A DNA stretch of 61,850 bases from Candidatus Acidiferrum sp. GTDB taxonomy: Bacteria; Methylomirabilota; Methylomirabilia; Rokubacteriales; CSP1-6. This document shows positions 42,406 through 52,548 of the stretch, in pieces. The stretch covers positions 1-61,850 of the forward strand of contig DASQAL010000133.1 of the NCBI GenBank assembly GCA_035635775.1. Reading direction: 5' to 3'. The position numbers were made by a program, and so were the translations under genes. The notes under the pieces are model-generated. The model was not told the origin of the DNA. It made no database searches and was given only the letters and a program-made list of their open reading frames with translations. Numbering within the stretch: position 1 is the first letter of the stretch; each line of letters begins with the position of its first letter.

Positions 42406-45400
42406 ATGCGACTCGAATCGATCCTGATCCACGGTTTCAAGTCGTTCGCGGAGAAGACGGACGTCAAGGTCTTCCCCGGCGTCACCTGTATCGTCGGCCC
42501 CAACGGCTGCGGCAAGTCCAACGTGGCCGACGCGATCCGCTGGGCCCTCGGCGAGCAGAGCCCCAAGACCCTCCGCGGCACCAAGATGGAAGACATCATC
42601 TTCCACGGCTCGTCTTCCCGGAAGATGATCGGGATGGCCGAGGTCAGCCTCGTGTTCAACAACGACGGCGGCCTCAACGTGCCGTGGAGCGAGGTGGCGG
42701 TGGCCCGCCGCCTCTACCGCACCGGCGAGAGCGAGTACCTGCTCAACACCAACGCGTGCCGGCTGCGCGACATCCAGGACCTCTTCGCGGGCACCGGGGT
42801 GAATCCGAAGGCCTACGCCCTCATGGATCAGGACCGGCTCAACCACGTGCTGACCGCCAAGCCGTGGGAGCGCCGGGTGTTCATCGAGGAGGCGGCGGGC
42901 ATCGCGCGCTACAAGCAGCAGCGCTCCGAGACCCAGGGCAAGCTCGACGCGACCCGGCTCAACCTGCAGCGGCTGCGCGACGTGATGGAGGAGGTGCGCC
43001 GCCAGCTCTCCTCGATCGAGCGCCAGGCGCGGAAGGCGCAGCAGTACAAGGCGCTCCAGTCCGAGCGGCAGGGGCTCGATCTGGCCCTCGTCGCGGCGGA
43101 CTACGCGGCGCGGGCGGCCCAGCACGAGGCGGTCACGCGCGAGATGGAGTCGCTGCGCGTGACCGAGGAGCAGCAGCGCGCCCGGATCGCCACCCTGACC
43201 GGCCGCCAGGCCCTGCAGGCCGCCGCCATGCAGGACACCGAGTACCGGCTGGGCGACCTGCGCCAGTCCGTGCAGAAGATCCAGGGCGAGGCGGAGCGCC
43301 TCCTGGAGCGGCGCGAGCAGATGGGCCTCCAGATCCGGGACCTGGTCGCCGAGGAGACGCGCCTCGAGGAGGAGATCCGCGCGCTCGGCGAGCGGCGGGT
43401 GGCCCTCGCGGCCGAGCGCGAGGACAAGGACCGCGGCCTCGAGGAGGCCCGGCGGCGGCACGCGGAGCAGGACGGCGAGGTGCAGCGCGTGGAGGCGCGG
43501 ATCGAGGCCTGCCGGAGGGCGCTCAGTGAGCGCCGGGAGCGCTTCGAGGCCTTCCGGCTGGAGCAGATCCGGGTCGCGGGCGCCCGCGCCGAGCTCACGC
43601 GCTCGGGGGGCGAGCTCCGCGAGCGCCGCGCCCAGGTGGATCGCCGCGCCGAGCGCCTCGCCGCCGAGCTGGCGGGCGCCCGCGCGGAGGCCGACGCGCT
43701 CGCGGGCACGCGGCTGCGCCTGGAGGCGGCGCGCCAGCGGGCCGGCGCCCAGCTCTCGCTGCTGAGCACGGAGCTGCACGAGATCGAGGCGGCGCGGCGG
43801 GATCGGGAGACCGCGCGGGCCGAGGCGCAGGAGGCGCTCGCCGGCCTGCGCGTGAAGCTGGCCGCACGGCAGTCGGCGCTCGAAGCGCTCGAGCGCCTGG
43901 AGCGGGAGCGCGAGGGCTACGGCGCCGGCGTGCGGGCGATGTTCGCGCGCCCCGGCGCCGGCGACCTGGGCGGCGTGGTGGGCACGGTGGCCGACCTCCT
44001 GGAAGTCCCGAACGGTCTCGAGAGGGCGGTGGAGGCGGTCCTCGGCGATCGACTCCAGTGGGTGGTGGTGGAGCGCTTCGAGCACGCACGGGCCGCGCTG
44101 GGATATCTGGAGCGTGAGGGCGCGGGCGCGGCCACCCTGCTGCCGCTCGAGACGCTGCCACCCGCAGCGGCCCTCCCCGAGGACTCGGGAGAGGTGAGCT
44201 GGGCGGCCCGCCTGGTGGGCGGCCCGCGCCCGGCCCTGCTGCACTACCTCCTCGGTCGGGTGGGCATCGTCTCCCATCTCGACCAGGCCGAGACGCTCTG
44301 GCGTCGGAACGGCGTGGTCGCCACCTACGTCACGCGCTCGGGCGAGGTGCTGTCACCGAGCGGGCGCCTCACCGGCGGCCATCGCGACAGCGAGCGGCAG
44401 AGCAATGATCACTCGCTGCTCGGACGCAAGCGGGCCATCCGCCAGCTCGGCGAGGAGATCGCCGACCTCGAGCGTGACGTGGCCGCGGCGGCGGCGCGGG
44501 CGGGGGCGATCGAGGGCGAGGCCACCGGCCTGCGGACCCGGCTCGAGGGGCTGCAGTCCAATTACCAGGCGCAGGAAACCGCGCGGCTGTCCGGCGAGAA
44601 GGACCTCGAGTCGGTGCTGCGCGAGGCGGACCGGGTCACGCGCCACCTCGAGACGCTGGCCGCCGAGAGCGAGCAGCTCGCGGGCGAGGGCGAGGAGACC
44701 GCGGCCCAACTCATCGAGCTGGAGCGCGCGCTGGTGACCGCCTCGGAGCTGGAGAGCCGGCTGGGTGGCGACCTGACCGCGCTCCAGGCCCTCCTCGAGA
44801 GCGGGCAGGGCGACGAGACCGGGCTCACCGAGCGCCTCACGGTCTGCCGCGTCGAGCTGGCCACGGTGGCGGAGCGGGTGGAGGCCCTGGGCCGCGATAT
44901 CGAGCGCATCATGGGGCTCGAGGAGGACTTCGGCCTCCAGCAGCAGCAGTCGGTGGGGCGCCGAACGCAAACCGCCGAACGGCGCGGGGACCTGACCGCC
45001 GAGCGCGAGCGAACGGACGCGCAGGCCCGGGACGCGGTGGCCGAGCGCGACCGGCTCGAGGCCGAGGTGGCGGTCATCGCGGAAGAGCACCAGCGCCAGC
45101 TCGACGAGCGGCAGGCGCTCGAGACCGAGCTGCGCGAGGTGCAGCACCAGTTGACCGCGCTCGTGGGCCGCCTCCACCAGCTCGATCTGACCGAGACGGA
45201 AGGCCGCGTGCGCCGCGAGGAGCTGGTGCAGGAAGCGCGGCGCCGCCACGCCATCGAGAGCCCGGAGGCGCTGCTGGCCGCCCACGATGCCGCGCGGGAC
45301 CTCGAGGAGGTCCGGCAGCGGCACGAGGAGCTGTCGACCAAGCTCGAGGCCATGGGCCCGGTCAACCTGGTGGCGGACGAGGAGTTCCGCGAGCTGACCG

Positions 45401-45963
45401 AGCGCCTGGACTTCCTCCGCACCCAGCACGACGACGTGGTCGGGTCGATCAAGGACCTGGAGAAGGCCCTGCGCGGGATGACCCGCACCGCTCAGGACCG
45501 GTTCCAGGAGGCCTTCGACGACATCAACCGGCACTTCGGCAACATCTTCGCGCGGCTCTTCGAGGGCGGGCGCGCCGAGCTGCGCATGGTGCCGCCCGAG
45601 GAGGGCGAGGAGGATCCGCTGGAGCTGGGCGTGGAGCTCATGGCCCAGCCAAGGGGCAAGCGCCTCCAGGCCGTCACCTTGATGTCGGGGGGCGAGAAGG
45701 CCCTCACCGGGCTCGCCCTGCTCTTCGCGATCTTCTACCACCGCCCGAGCCCGTTCTGCGTGCTCGACGAGGTGGATGCGCCGCTCGACGACGCGAACAT
45801 CCACCGGTTCCTCCGGGTGCTGCGCGAGCTCTGCACCCAGACCCAGTTCGTGGTGATCACGCACAACCGCAAGACGATGGAGGCCGCCGACGTGCTCTAT
45901 GGCGTGACCATGGAGGAGCCGGGCCTCTCCCGCCTCGTCTCAGTAAAGCTGACCGACGCGTAA
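42406..45963 (+). CDS. smc: Chromosome segregation protein SMC
   Basis: GFKSF, VGPNGCGKSN, long coiled coils, hinge GTVADLLEV, GPVN, MSGGEK, LDEVDAPLD, ITHN. Confidence 0.97.
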   Translation: MRLESILIHGFKSFAEKTDVKVFPGVTCIVGPNGCGKSNVADAIRWALGEQSPKTLRGTKMEDIIFHGSSSRKMIGMAEVSLVFNNDGGLNVPWSEVAVARRLYRTGESEYLLNTNACRLRDIQDLFAGTGVNPKAYALMDQDRLNHVLTAKPWERRVFIEEAAGIARYKQQRSETQGKLDATRLNLQRLRDVMEEVRRQLSSIERQARKAQQYKALQSERQGLDLALVAADYAARAAQHEAVTREMESLRVTEEQQRARIATLTGRQALQAAAMQDTEYRLGDLRQSVQKIQGEAERLLERREQMGLQIRDLVAEETRLEEEIRALGERRVALAAEREDKDRGLEEARRRHAEQDGEVQRVEARIEACRRALSERRERFEAFRLEQIRVAGARAELTRSGGELRERRAQVDRRAERLAAELAGARAEADALAGTRLRLEAARQRAGAQLSLLSTELHEIEAARRDRETARAEAQEALAGLRVKLAARQSALEALERLEREREGYGAGVRAMFARPGAGDLGGVVGTVADLLEVPNGLERAVEAVLGDRLQWVVVERFEHARAALGYLEREGAGAATLLPLETLPPAAALPEDSGEVSWAARLVGGPRPALLHYLLGRVGIVSHLDQAETLWRRNGVVATYVTRSGEVLSPSGRLTGGHRDSERQSNDHSLLGRKRAIRQLGEEIADLERDVAAAAARAGAIEGEATGLRTRLEGLQSNYQAQETARLSGEKDLESVLREADRVTRHLETLAAESEQLAGEGEETAAQLIELERALVTASELESRLGGDLTALQALLESGQGDETGLTERLTVCRVELATVAERVEALGRDIERIMGLEEDFGLQQQQSVGRRTQTAERRGDLTAERERTDAQARDAVAERDRLEAEVAVIAEEHQRQLDERQALETELREVQHQLTALVGRLHQLDLTETEGRVRREELVQEARRRHAIESPEALLAAHDAARDLEEVRQRHEELSTKLEAMGPVNLVADEEFRELTERLDFLRTQHDDVVGSIKDLEKALRGMTRTAQDRFQEAFDDINRHFGNIFARLFEGGRAELRMVPPEEGEEDPLELGVELMAQPRGKRLQAVTLMSGGEKALTGLALLFAIFYHRPSPFCVLDEVDAPLDDANIHRFLRVLRELCTQTQFVVITHNRKTMEAADVLYGVTMEEPGLSRLVSVKLTDA

Positions 45964-45983
45964 CCCGCGCTACACTACTGGGC

Positions 45984-46862
45984 ATGACGCCCGCTGAGAC
46001 CCCGGCGACCTCGCTCGGAGGATATCTCTGCGCGCTCCGCGAGGCGAAGGGCAGCTCGCTGGAGGACATGGCGCGATCCACCCGCGTGGGGATCCGCCAT
46101 CTCGAAGCCCTCGAGGAAGAGCGCCTGGCTGACCTGCCGTCGCCGGTCTTCGTGCGCGGCTTCATCCGGGCCTATTGCGGGTTCCTGCGCGAGGCCCCGG
46201 AGGAGGCGCTCGGCCACTACGAGGCCCTGGCGGGCGAGCGCGCGGCCGCCCAGGCGGCGAACGCCCCACCGCGCCCCCGCACCACGTGGGCCAACAGCTC
46301 CGTGCTGGTGGGGCTGGCCCTCCTGGTGATCCTCGGCATCGCGCTGATCGTGATCAACCTGACCGTGAAGCGAACGGGTGGAACTTCAGTCGCCGCACCG
46401 AAAATGGAAGTCTCGGTCCCGGTGCCACGCTCCATCCAGGCTCCACCGGCGGCCGGGCCGGTGACCCCGCCCGGGGAGGCCCCGCGACCGGTCGCGGCAC
46501 CCGCTCCGACCCTGGCAGTGGCCCAGCCACCGGCTACGCCGGCTAGCAACCCGGCCGCCACCCCGGCTCCGACTCCGGCGCCCGCCGTGGTCAAGAGCAG
46601 CCCCGGACCACAGCGTCTCCTGATCAAGGCGGTCGAGCCGACCTGGATCCGGGTCCAGCCCGATGAGGGCCGCGCCACCGAGGAGCTGCTGCCGGCCGGC
46701 GCCAGCCGGGAGTGGTCGGCCGAGCGCCGCTTCCTCGTGACCATCGGCAATGCCGGTGGCGTCGAGCTCGCCCTGAACGGCAAGGTCCTCCCGCCGCTTG
46801 GGCCGAAGGGCACGGTGATCCAGCGGCTCGAGCTCCCCCAGGCGCCGGCCTCCGGATCGTGA
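45984..46862 (+). CDS. rodZ: RodZ-like protein (HTH, TM, Pro/Ala linker, DUF4115)
   Basis: LGGYLCALREAKG, LEALEE, VFVRGFIRAY; TM segment; WIRV..D, IGNAGGV.L.LNGK. Confidence 0.8.
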   Translation: MTPAETPATSLGGYLCALREAKGSSLEDMARSTRVGIRHLEALEEERLADLPSPVFVRGFIRAYCGFLREAPEEALGHYEALAGERAAAQAANAPPRPRTTWANSSVLVGLALLVILGIALIVINLTVKRTGGTSVAAPKMEVSVPVPRSIQAPPAAGPVTPPGEAPRPVAAPAPTLAVAQPPATPASNPAATPAPTPAPAVVKSSPGPQRLLIKAVEPTWIRVQPDEGRATEELLPAGASREWSAERRFLVTIGNAGGVELALNGKVLPPLGPKGTVIQRLELPQAPASGS

Positions 46863-47797
46863 GCCTGTTCCGCTCCCTCGGGGAGCGCGTCCGGCAGGGA
46901 CTGCGGCGCACCCGCGAGCTGATGGACGAGGGCCTGGGGGCCGTCCTCGCCATCGCCCGTCCGGTGGACGAGGCGATGCTGGAGGAGCTCGAGGAGACCC
47001 TGATCGCGGCGGATCTGGGAGCGGCCGCGGCGGGCGCCTTCGTCAAGCGCGTTCGGGACGAGATCAAGCGGGGCCGCGCCGTCACCACCCAGGACGTGCG
47101 CGCCTCCCTGCATCGCTTCCTCGAGGACTCCCTCGCGGGCGCGGCCGCGCCGCTCGTCCTCGACGCCCATCCCTCCGTCATCCTCATGCTGGGCGTCAAC
47201 GGGGCGGGCAAGACCACCAGCACCGCGAAGATGGCGGCTAGGCTCAAGGCCGACGGTAAGCGGGTGCTGATCGCCGCCGCCGACACCTTTCGCGCGGCGG
47301 CTATCGAGCAGCTCCAGGAGTGGGGCCGCCGGATCGAGGTGGACGTCATCCACCAGGTCGCGGGCGCCGACCCGGCCGCGGTGGTCTTCGACGCGGTGAA
47401 GGCAGCCACGTCGCGTGATGTGGACGTGCTGCTGGTGGACACGGCGGGGCGCCTGCACACCAAGTCCAACCTCATGGACGAGCTGGCCAAGCTCAAGCGC
47501 GTGCTGGCCCGCCAGATGCCCGGCGCCCCCCACGAATCCCTCATGGTGCTGGAAGCGCCCACGGGCCAGAACGGGCTCCAGCAGGCGCGCATGTTCCACG
47601 AGGCGATCGGGCTCACCGGCCTCGTGCTGACCAAGCTCGACGGCACCGCCAAGGGCGGCATCGCGATCCGGATCCACCAGGAGCTGGGGGTACCGATCAA
47701 GCTGGTCGGGGTCGGCGAGCAGATCGACGACCTCCAGGTCTTCGACCCGAAGACCTTCGTGGACGCCCTGCTCGGGGAGCAGCCGGAGCCGGAGTAA
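46859..47797 (+). CDS. ftsY: SRP receptor FtsY (short form without long acidic A domain)
   Basis: GVNGAGKTT, DTFRAAA, DTAGR, TGQNG, TKLDGTAKGG, GVGEQIDDL. Confidence 0.96.
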   Translation: MSLFRSLGERVRQGLRRTRELMDEGLGAVLAIARPVDEAMLEELEETLIAADLGAAAAGAFVKRVRDEIKRGRAVTTQDVRASLHRFLEDSLAGAAAPLVLDAHPSVILMLGVNGAGKTTSTAKMAARLKADGKRVLIAAADTFRAAAIEQLQEWGRRIEVDVIHQVAGADPAAVVFDAVKAATSRDVDVLLVDTAGRLHTKSNLMDELAKLKRVLARQMPGAPHESLMVLEAPTGQNGLQQARMFHEAIGLTGLVLTKLDGTAKGGIAIRIHQELGVPIKLVGVGEQIDDLQVFDPKTFVDALLGEQPEPE

Positions 47798-47846
47798 GCG
47801 CGGTAAAATGCCTGCCCGGGGGGGCGGCCGGCCCCCGTACGACGAC

Positions 47847-48944
47847 ATGACCGATCTTCAGTGGATGGCGCGGGCCCTCACCCTCGCGGCGCGGGGGCGC
47901 GGCCTCACGTCACCCAACCCCATGGTAGGCGCGATCCTCGTGCGGGACGGCGCCATGCTCGCCGAGCGCTTTCACGAGCGGGCGGGCGGCGCCCACGCGG
48001 AGGCGGCCGCGCTCGCCGAGGCGGGCGAGCGGGCGCGCGGCGCCATCCTCTACGTGACGCTCGAGCCGTGCAACCACGTGGGGCGCACGCCGCCCTGCGT
48101 GGACGCGATCATCCGCGCCGGGGTCCGCCGGGTCGTGTCGGCCACGCGGGATCCCAATCCGCGGGTGAAGGGCGGCGGGACCGCCGCCCTCGCCACCGCG
48201 GGCGTCGAAGTCACCACGCCCTGCCTGGAGCGGGAAGCCCGCGACCTCAACCGCGCCTTCTTCACCGCGGTCGAGCGGCAACGGCCCCACGTCACCGTCA
48301 AGTGGGCCATGACCCTCGATGGCAAGATCGCGAGCTTCGACCGCCGGTCGCAGTGGATCACCGGCGAGGCGGCGCGACAGGAAGGGCACCGGCTCCGCAG
48401 CCAGAGCGACGCCATCGTGACCGGCATCGGGACCGTGCTCGCCGACGATCCGGCCCTGACGGTGCGCCTCGCGCAGCCCTGGCCGCGGGAGCCCTATCGC
48501 GTGGTGGTGGACAGCCGCGCCCGCCTGCCGCTCGACGCCAAGCTGCTCCAGACCGGGAGTCGGTCCCGCGTCCTGGTGGCGGTCGGGGAGGCGGCGGCGC
48601 CGCAGCGGCTGGCGGCGCTCGAGTCGGCGGGCGTGACGGTCCTGGCGTGCAAGTCGCGGGAGGGCCGGGTGGACGTGGCCGATCTCGGCGCGCGCCTGCT
48701 GGCGCTCGACGTGACCGCGGTGCTGCTGGAAGCGGGCAGCGAGCTGACCGGCGCCTTCGTGCAGGCGGGCCTGGTGGATCGCGTCGCCGCGTTCGTGGCC
48801 CCCACGCTACTGGGCGGCGCCGACGCCCCGACCTCGGTCGGCGGCCCTGGCCTCGCGCTCGCGAACGCGCTGCGCCTGACCAACATGACTGTGCGCCCCA
48901 TAGGCACGGACTGGCTGATCGAAGCCGACGTCATCCATGAATGA
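47847..48944 (+). CDS. ribD: Riboflavin biosynthesis deaminase/reductase RibD
   Basis: PNPMVGA, HAE, TLEPCNH.GRTPPC, MTLDGKIA, SQWITG, GIGTVLADDP, EAGSEL. Confidence 0.95.
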   Translation: MTDLQWMARALTLAARGRGLTSPNPMVGAILVRDGAMLAERFHERAGGAHAEAAALAEAGERARGAILYVTLEPCNHVGRTPPCVDAIIRAGVRRVVSATRDPNPRVKGGGTAALATAGVEVTTPCLEREARDLNRAFFTAVERQRPHVTVKWAMTLDGKIASFDRRSQWITGEAARQEGHRLRSQSDAIVTGIGTVLADDPALTVRLAQPWPREPYRVVVDSRARLPLDAKLLQTGSRSRVLVAVGEAAAPQRLAALESAGVTVLACKSREGRVDVADLGARLLALDVTAVLLEAGSELTGAFVQAGLVDRVAAFVAPTLLGGADAPTSVGGPGLALANALRLTNMTVRPIGTDWLIEADVIHE

Positions 48945-48955
48945 CTCTCGCGAGT

Positions 48956-49036
48956 GTCCGCGGCTTCGACCAGCTCGCCGGTTGTCCGCGGACTGGGGGA
49001 GTGCGGGGGCCATTTCTGGGCCCCCGCATAAGACAG
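48956..49036. repeat. Intergenic double-hairpin element between ribD and ribE
   Basis: GTCCGCGG...CCGCGGAC stem, then GGGGG-AGT, then GCGGGGGCC-ATTTCTG-GGCCCCCGC stem. Confidence 0.5.
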
Positions 49037-49073
49037 AGCTTGAAGACTTAAACGGCTGACCACACCACACAGC

Positions 49074-49667
49074 ATGTTCACAGGCCTGGTCGAAGAAGTC
49101 GGCAAGGTGCTCGAGCGCGACGGCGCGCGTCTCGTGGTGAGCGCCGACCGCGTGCTGGAAGACAGCGATCTGGGCGCCAGCGTGGCGGTCAACGGGGCCT
49201 GCCTCACGGTGGTGGAGCGGGGCCCGGGGCGCCTGCAGTTCGACGTCGGCCCGGAGACCCTCGCGCGCACCGCGCTCGGCGGTCTCGCGGCCGGGGACGC
49301 GGTCAACCTCGAGCGCCCCATGCGCCTGGGCGGCATGGTGGGCGGCCACCTGGTCCAGGGGCACGTGGACGGCGTGGGCATCGTGGCGGCCCTCACCCGC
49401 CAGGCAGAGACCGCCCGGCTCACGATAGAATGGCGGGACCAGGCGCTGGCCCCGCTGCTGATTCCGCAGGGATCGGTGGCGGTGGACGGGGTGAGCCTGA
49501 CGGTGGCGCGGCTCAACGCGGGGGATTTCGAGATCATGGTCATCCCGCACACGCTGGCCGCGACCACGCTGGGGGGCCTCAGGAAGGGGCAGCGCGTGAA
49601 CCTCGAGATGGATATGATCGGCAAGTACGTGCAGAGAATACTGCAGGTCAGGGGAGACGCTCCGTGA
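49074..49667 (+). CDS. ribE: Riboflavin synthase (alpha chain)
   Basis: [53 protein letters not shown]. Confidence 0.96.
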   Translation: MFTGLVEEVGKVLERDGARLVVSADRVLEDSDLGASVAVNGACLTVVERGPGRLQFDVGPETLARTALGGLAAGDAVNLERPMRLGGMVGGHLVQGHVDGVGIVAALTRQAETARLTIEWRDQALAPLLIPQGSVAVDGVSLTVARLNAGDFEIMVIPHTLAATTLGGLRKGQRVNLEMDMIGKYVQRILQVRGDAP

Positions 49668-50881
49668 GCCAGGCAGAGTTCGTGTCCATCGAAGAGGGCA
49701 TCGAGGAGGTCCGGGCCGGCCGCATGCTCATCGTGGTCGACGACGAGGACCGCGAGAACGAGGGCGATCTGCTCATGGCCGCCGAGAAGGCGACCCCCGA
49801 GGCGGTCAACTTCATGGCGAAGTACGGCCGGGGGCTCATCTGCATGCCCATGCTGGGGGAGCGGCTCGACGAGCTGCAGATCTCGATGATGGTCTCGGAC
49901 AATACCGCACCGCTCGGCACCGCCTTCACGGTGAGCGTGGACGCCCGCCGCGGCGTGACCACCGGCACCTCCGCCTACGACCGCGCGGTGACCATCCGGA
50001 CGCTGGTCGACCCGGCCACGCGCGCGGAGGACCTCACGCGCCCCGGCCACATCTTCCCGCTCCGCGCCATGCCGGGCGGGGTGCTGCGCCGCGCCGGCCA
50101 CACCGAGGCCGCGGTCGACCTGGCCCGCCTGGCCGGCTTCGCGCCCGCCGGGGTGATCTGCGAGGTGCTGGACGAGGAAGGCGGCATGGCGCGGCTGCCC
50201 GAGCTGACGGCGCTCGGCCGCGAGTACAACCTCAAGTCCGTCACGATTAAGGCGCTGATCGAGTACCGGATCCACAAGGAGAAGCTGGTGAAGCGGGCCG
50301 CGATGACCCGCATGCCCACCGAGCACGGCGACTACCAGGTCATCGCCTACGAGACCACGGTGGACGACCGCCTGCCGCTGGCCCTGGTCCTGGGCGACGT
50401 CAAGACCGACGAGCCGGTGCTGGTCCGCGTGCACTCCGAGTGCCTCACCGGCGACGTCTTCGGCTCCCACCGCTGCGACTGCGGGTCCCAGCTCCACAAG
50501 GCGCTGACCATCATCCAGCACGCGGGGCGAGGCGTCCTCGTCTACATGCGACAGGAAGGGCGGGGGATCGGCCTGCTCAACAAGCTCAAGGCCTACGAGC
50601 TGCAGGACCAGGGCAAGGACACGGTGGAGGCCAATCACGCCCTCGGCTTCCGGGCCGACCTGCGCCACTACGGCATCGGGGCCCAGATCCTGGTGGATCT
50701 CGGCGTGAAGAACCTCAAGATCCTCACCAACAACCCGAAGAAGATCGTGGGCATCGAGGGCTACGGCCTCAAGGTGGTGGAGCGGCTGCCGCTCGAGGTG
50801 CCCGCGACCGACGCCAACCGGAGCTACCTCCGCACGAAGCGCGAGAAGCTCGGGCACCTCTTCTCCTCCTTTCCCGACTAG
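49664..50881 (+). CDS. ribBA: Bifunctional DHBP synthase / GTP cyclohydrolase II
   Basis: [55 protein letters not shown]. Confidence 0.96.
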   Translation: MSQAEFVSIEEGIEEVRAGRMLIVVDDEDRENEGDLLMAAEKATPEAVNFMAKYGRGLICMPMLGERLDELQISMMVSDNTAPLGTAFTVSVDARRGVTTGTSAYDRAVTIRTLVDPATRAEDLTRPGHIFPLRAMPGGVLRRAGHTEAAVDLARLAGFAPAGVICEVLDEEGGMARLPELTALGREYNLKSVTIKALIEYRIHKEKLVKRAAMTRMPTEHGDYQVIAYETTVDDRLPLALVLGDVKTDEPVLVRVHSECLTGDVFGSHRCDCGSQLHKALTIIQHAGRGVLVYMRQEGRGIGLLNKLKAYELQDQGKDTVEANHALGFRADLRHYGIGAQILVDLGVKNLKILTNNPKKIVGIEGYGLKVVERLPLEVPATDANRSYLRTKREKLGHLFSSFPD

Positions 50882-50884
50882 TCC

Positions 50885-51379
50885 ATGGCCGGTATCACTC
50901 CCAAGCGTCGAGTCGCCCCTGCCGCCCGCGGCCAGCGGTTCGGGGTCGTGGTGGCCCGCTTCAACGAGCCCATCTCCAAGAAGCTGCTCGACGGCGCCCT
51001 CGCCGCGCTGGCCGGCCACGCGGTCAGCGGCGACGCGGTGGAGGTCCACTGGGTGCCGGGCTCCTTCGAGCTGCCGCAGGCCGCGCAGGCGCTCGCGCGG
51101 ACCGGCCGCTTCGCGGGCATCGTGTGCGTGGGCGCGGTGATCAAGGGCGCGACCCCGCACTTCGACTACGTGTGCGGCGTGGCCGCGCACGGTATCAGCC
51201 GCGTCGGGCTCGACACCGGCGTGCCGGTGACCTTCGGCGTGATCACCGCGCTCACCGAGGAGCAGGCGTGGGAGCGGGCGGGCGGCGTCGTGGGCAACCG
51301 CGGGGAGGAAGCGGCGCTGGCCGCGCTCGAGATGGCCGGCTGGCTGCGCTCGGTCCGGGGCCCGAAGGGCAAGCGCTGA
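50885..51379 (+). CDS. ribH: 6,7-dimethyl-8-ribityllumazine synthase
   Basis: VVARFN, VPGSFELP, GAVIKGATPHFDYV, FGVIT, QAWERAG. Confidence 0.95.
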   Translation: MAGITPKRRVAPAARGQRFGVVVARFNEPISKKLLDGALAALAGHAVSGDAVEVHWVPGSFELPQAAQALARTGRFAGIVCVGAVIKGATPHFDYVCGVAAHGISRVGLDTGVPVTFGVITALTEEQAWERAGGVVGNRGEEAALAALEMAGWLRSVRGPKGKR

Positions 51380-51795
51380 TGGGTCGCCGCCGCAAGGCGC
51401 GGGAGCTCTCGCTCCAGCTCCTCTATCAGATGGACGTCCAGGGCGAGGGGCATCCCGAGCCGCACTTCGACGATTTCTGGCTGCGGCATCCGGTGGACCC
51501 CGAGGCGCGGGAGTTCGCGGAGGCGCTCGTGCGCGGGACCAAGAGCCACGAGGCCGAGATCGACGAGCTGATCGGGCGCTACGCGGAGAACTGGGAGCTC
51601 GAGCGCATGGCGGTGGTGGACCGCAACATCCTCCGCCAGGCGATCTTCGAGCTGCGGTGGGCGACCGGCGTGCCCCCCAAAGTCGCCATCAACGAGGCCC
51701 TCGAGGTCGCGAAGAAGTTCAGCACGCAGGAGTCGAGCCGGTTCATCAACGGGATCCTCGACCGCATCCACAAAGAGCAGGCTCCCGCTTCCTGA
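51379..51795 (+). CDS. nusB: Transcription antitermination factor NusB
   Basis: RRKARELSLQLLYQ, WELERMAVVDRNILR, INEALEVAKKFS, FINGILD. Confidence 0.95.
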   Translation: MGRRRKARELSLQLLYQMDVQGEGHPEPHFDDFWLRHPVDPEAREFAEALVRGTKSHEAEIDELIGRYAENWELERMAVVDRNILRQAIFELRWATGVPPKVAINEALEVAKKFSTQESSRFINGILDRIHKEQAPAS

Positions 51796-51807
51796 CGGCA
51801 CGCCGCC

Positions 51808-52548
51808 ATCCGCTACGCGGTCATCTCGGACGTCCACGCCAATCTCGAAGCCCTCACCGCCGTGCTGGCAGACGCCGCCGGGGTAGGGGCGCTCGAAGTA
51901 CTCTGCCTGGGCGATCTGGTCGGCTACGGGGCCGACCCGGTGGCGTGCGTGGAGCGGGTGGGCGAGCGGGCGAGCGCGATGGTAGCGGGCAATCACGAGC
52001 ACGGCGCTCTCGGGCTGCTGGACCTGCGCTGGTTCAACCCGTGGGCGCGGGCGGCCGCGCGGTGGACGGGCGAGCAGCTCGACGACGGCCATCGCGACTA
52101 CCTGACCGGCCTGCCGTTGATCCGGACCGTGGAGGACGCCACCCTCGTGCACGCGAGCCCGCGCAGCCCGGAGGAGTGGGACTATCTCGTCTCCGCCGAG
52201 GACGGCCTGGAGGTGTTCGGCGACTTCGACACGCGGCTCTGCTTCGTCGGCCACTCGCATCTGCCCGGCGTCTGGTCGGTCGGCAGCGGGGGGCCGGATC
52301 ACTGCGGGCGGCTCGACCGGCCGGAGGCCCGGGTGCACCTCGACGACGGCCGCCGGTACCTCATCAACGTGGGCAGCGTCGGCCAGCCGCGCGACCGCGA
52401 CCCGCGCGCCTGCTACGCGATCTGGGACCGCGAGGCCCGCTCGGTGACGATCCGGCGCGTCCCCTACGATCACGCGGCGGCGGCCGCGAAGATCCTCGCC
52501 GCGGGACTGCCGCGCGCCCTGGCCGATCGACTCGCGCATGGGAGCTGA
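51808..52548 (+). CDS. Calcineurin-like metallophosphoesterase; no canonical start before motif I
   Basis: (I)RYAVISDVHAN, LGDLVGYG, GNHE, VHASP, GHSH, INVGSVGQPRD. The first codon position is ATC (51808), in frame with the nusB stop. Confidence 0.8.
   Translation: MRYAVISDVHANLEALTAVLADAAGVGALEVLCLGDLVGYGADPVACVERVGERASAMVAGNHEHGALGLLDLRWFNPWARAAARWTGEQLDDGHRDYLTGLPLIRTVEDATLVHASPRSPEEWDYLVSAEDGLEVFGDFDTRLCFVGHSHLPGVWSVGSGGPDHCGRLDRPEARVHLDDGRRYLINVGSVGQPRDRDPRACYAIWDREARSVTIRRVPYDHAAAAAKILAAGLPRALADRLAHGS

Noticed and set aside
46380-46410. Additional sigmaE promoter (GGAACTT) inside rodZ
   Set aside because: No GTCTAA/TCAAA-like -10 at the required spacing.
47798-49073. FMN riboswitch for the rib operon
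   Set aside because: No RFN conserved motifs upstream of ribD or between ribD and ribE.
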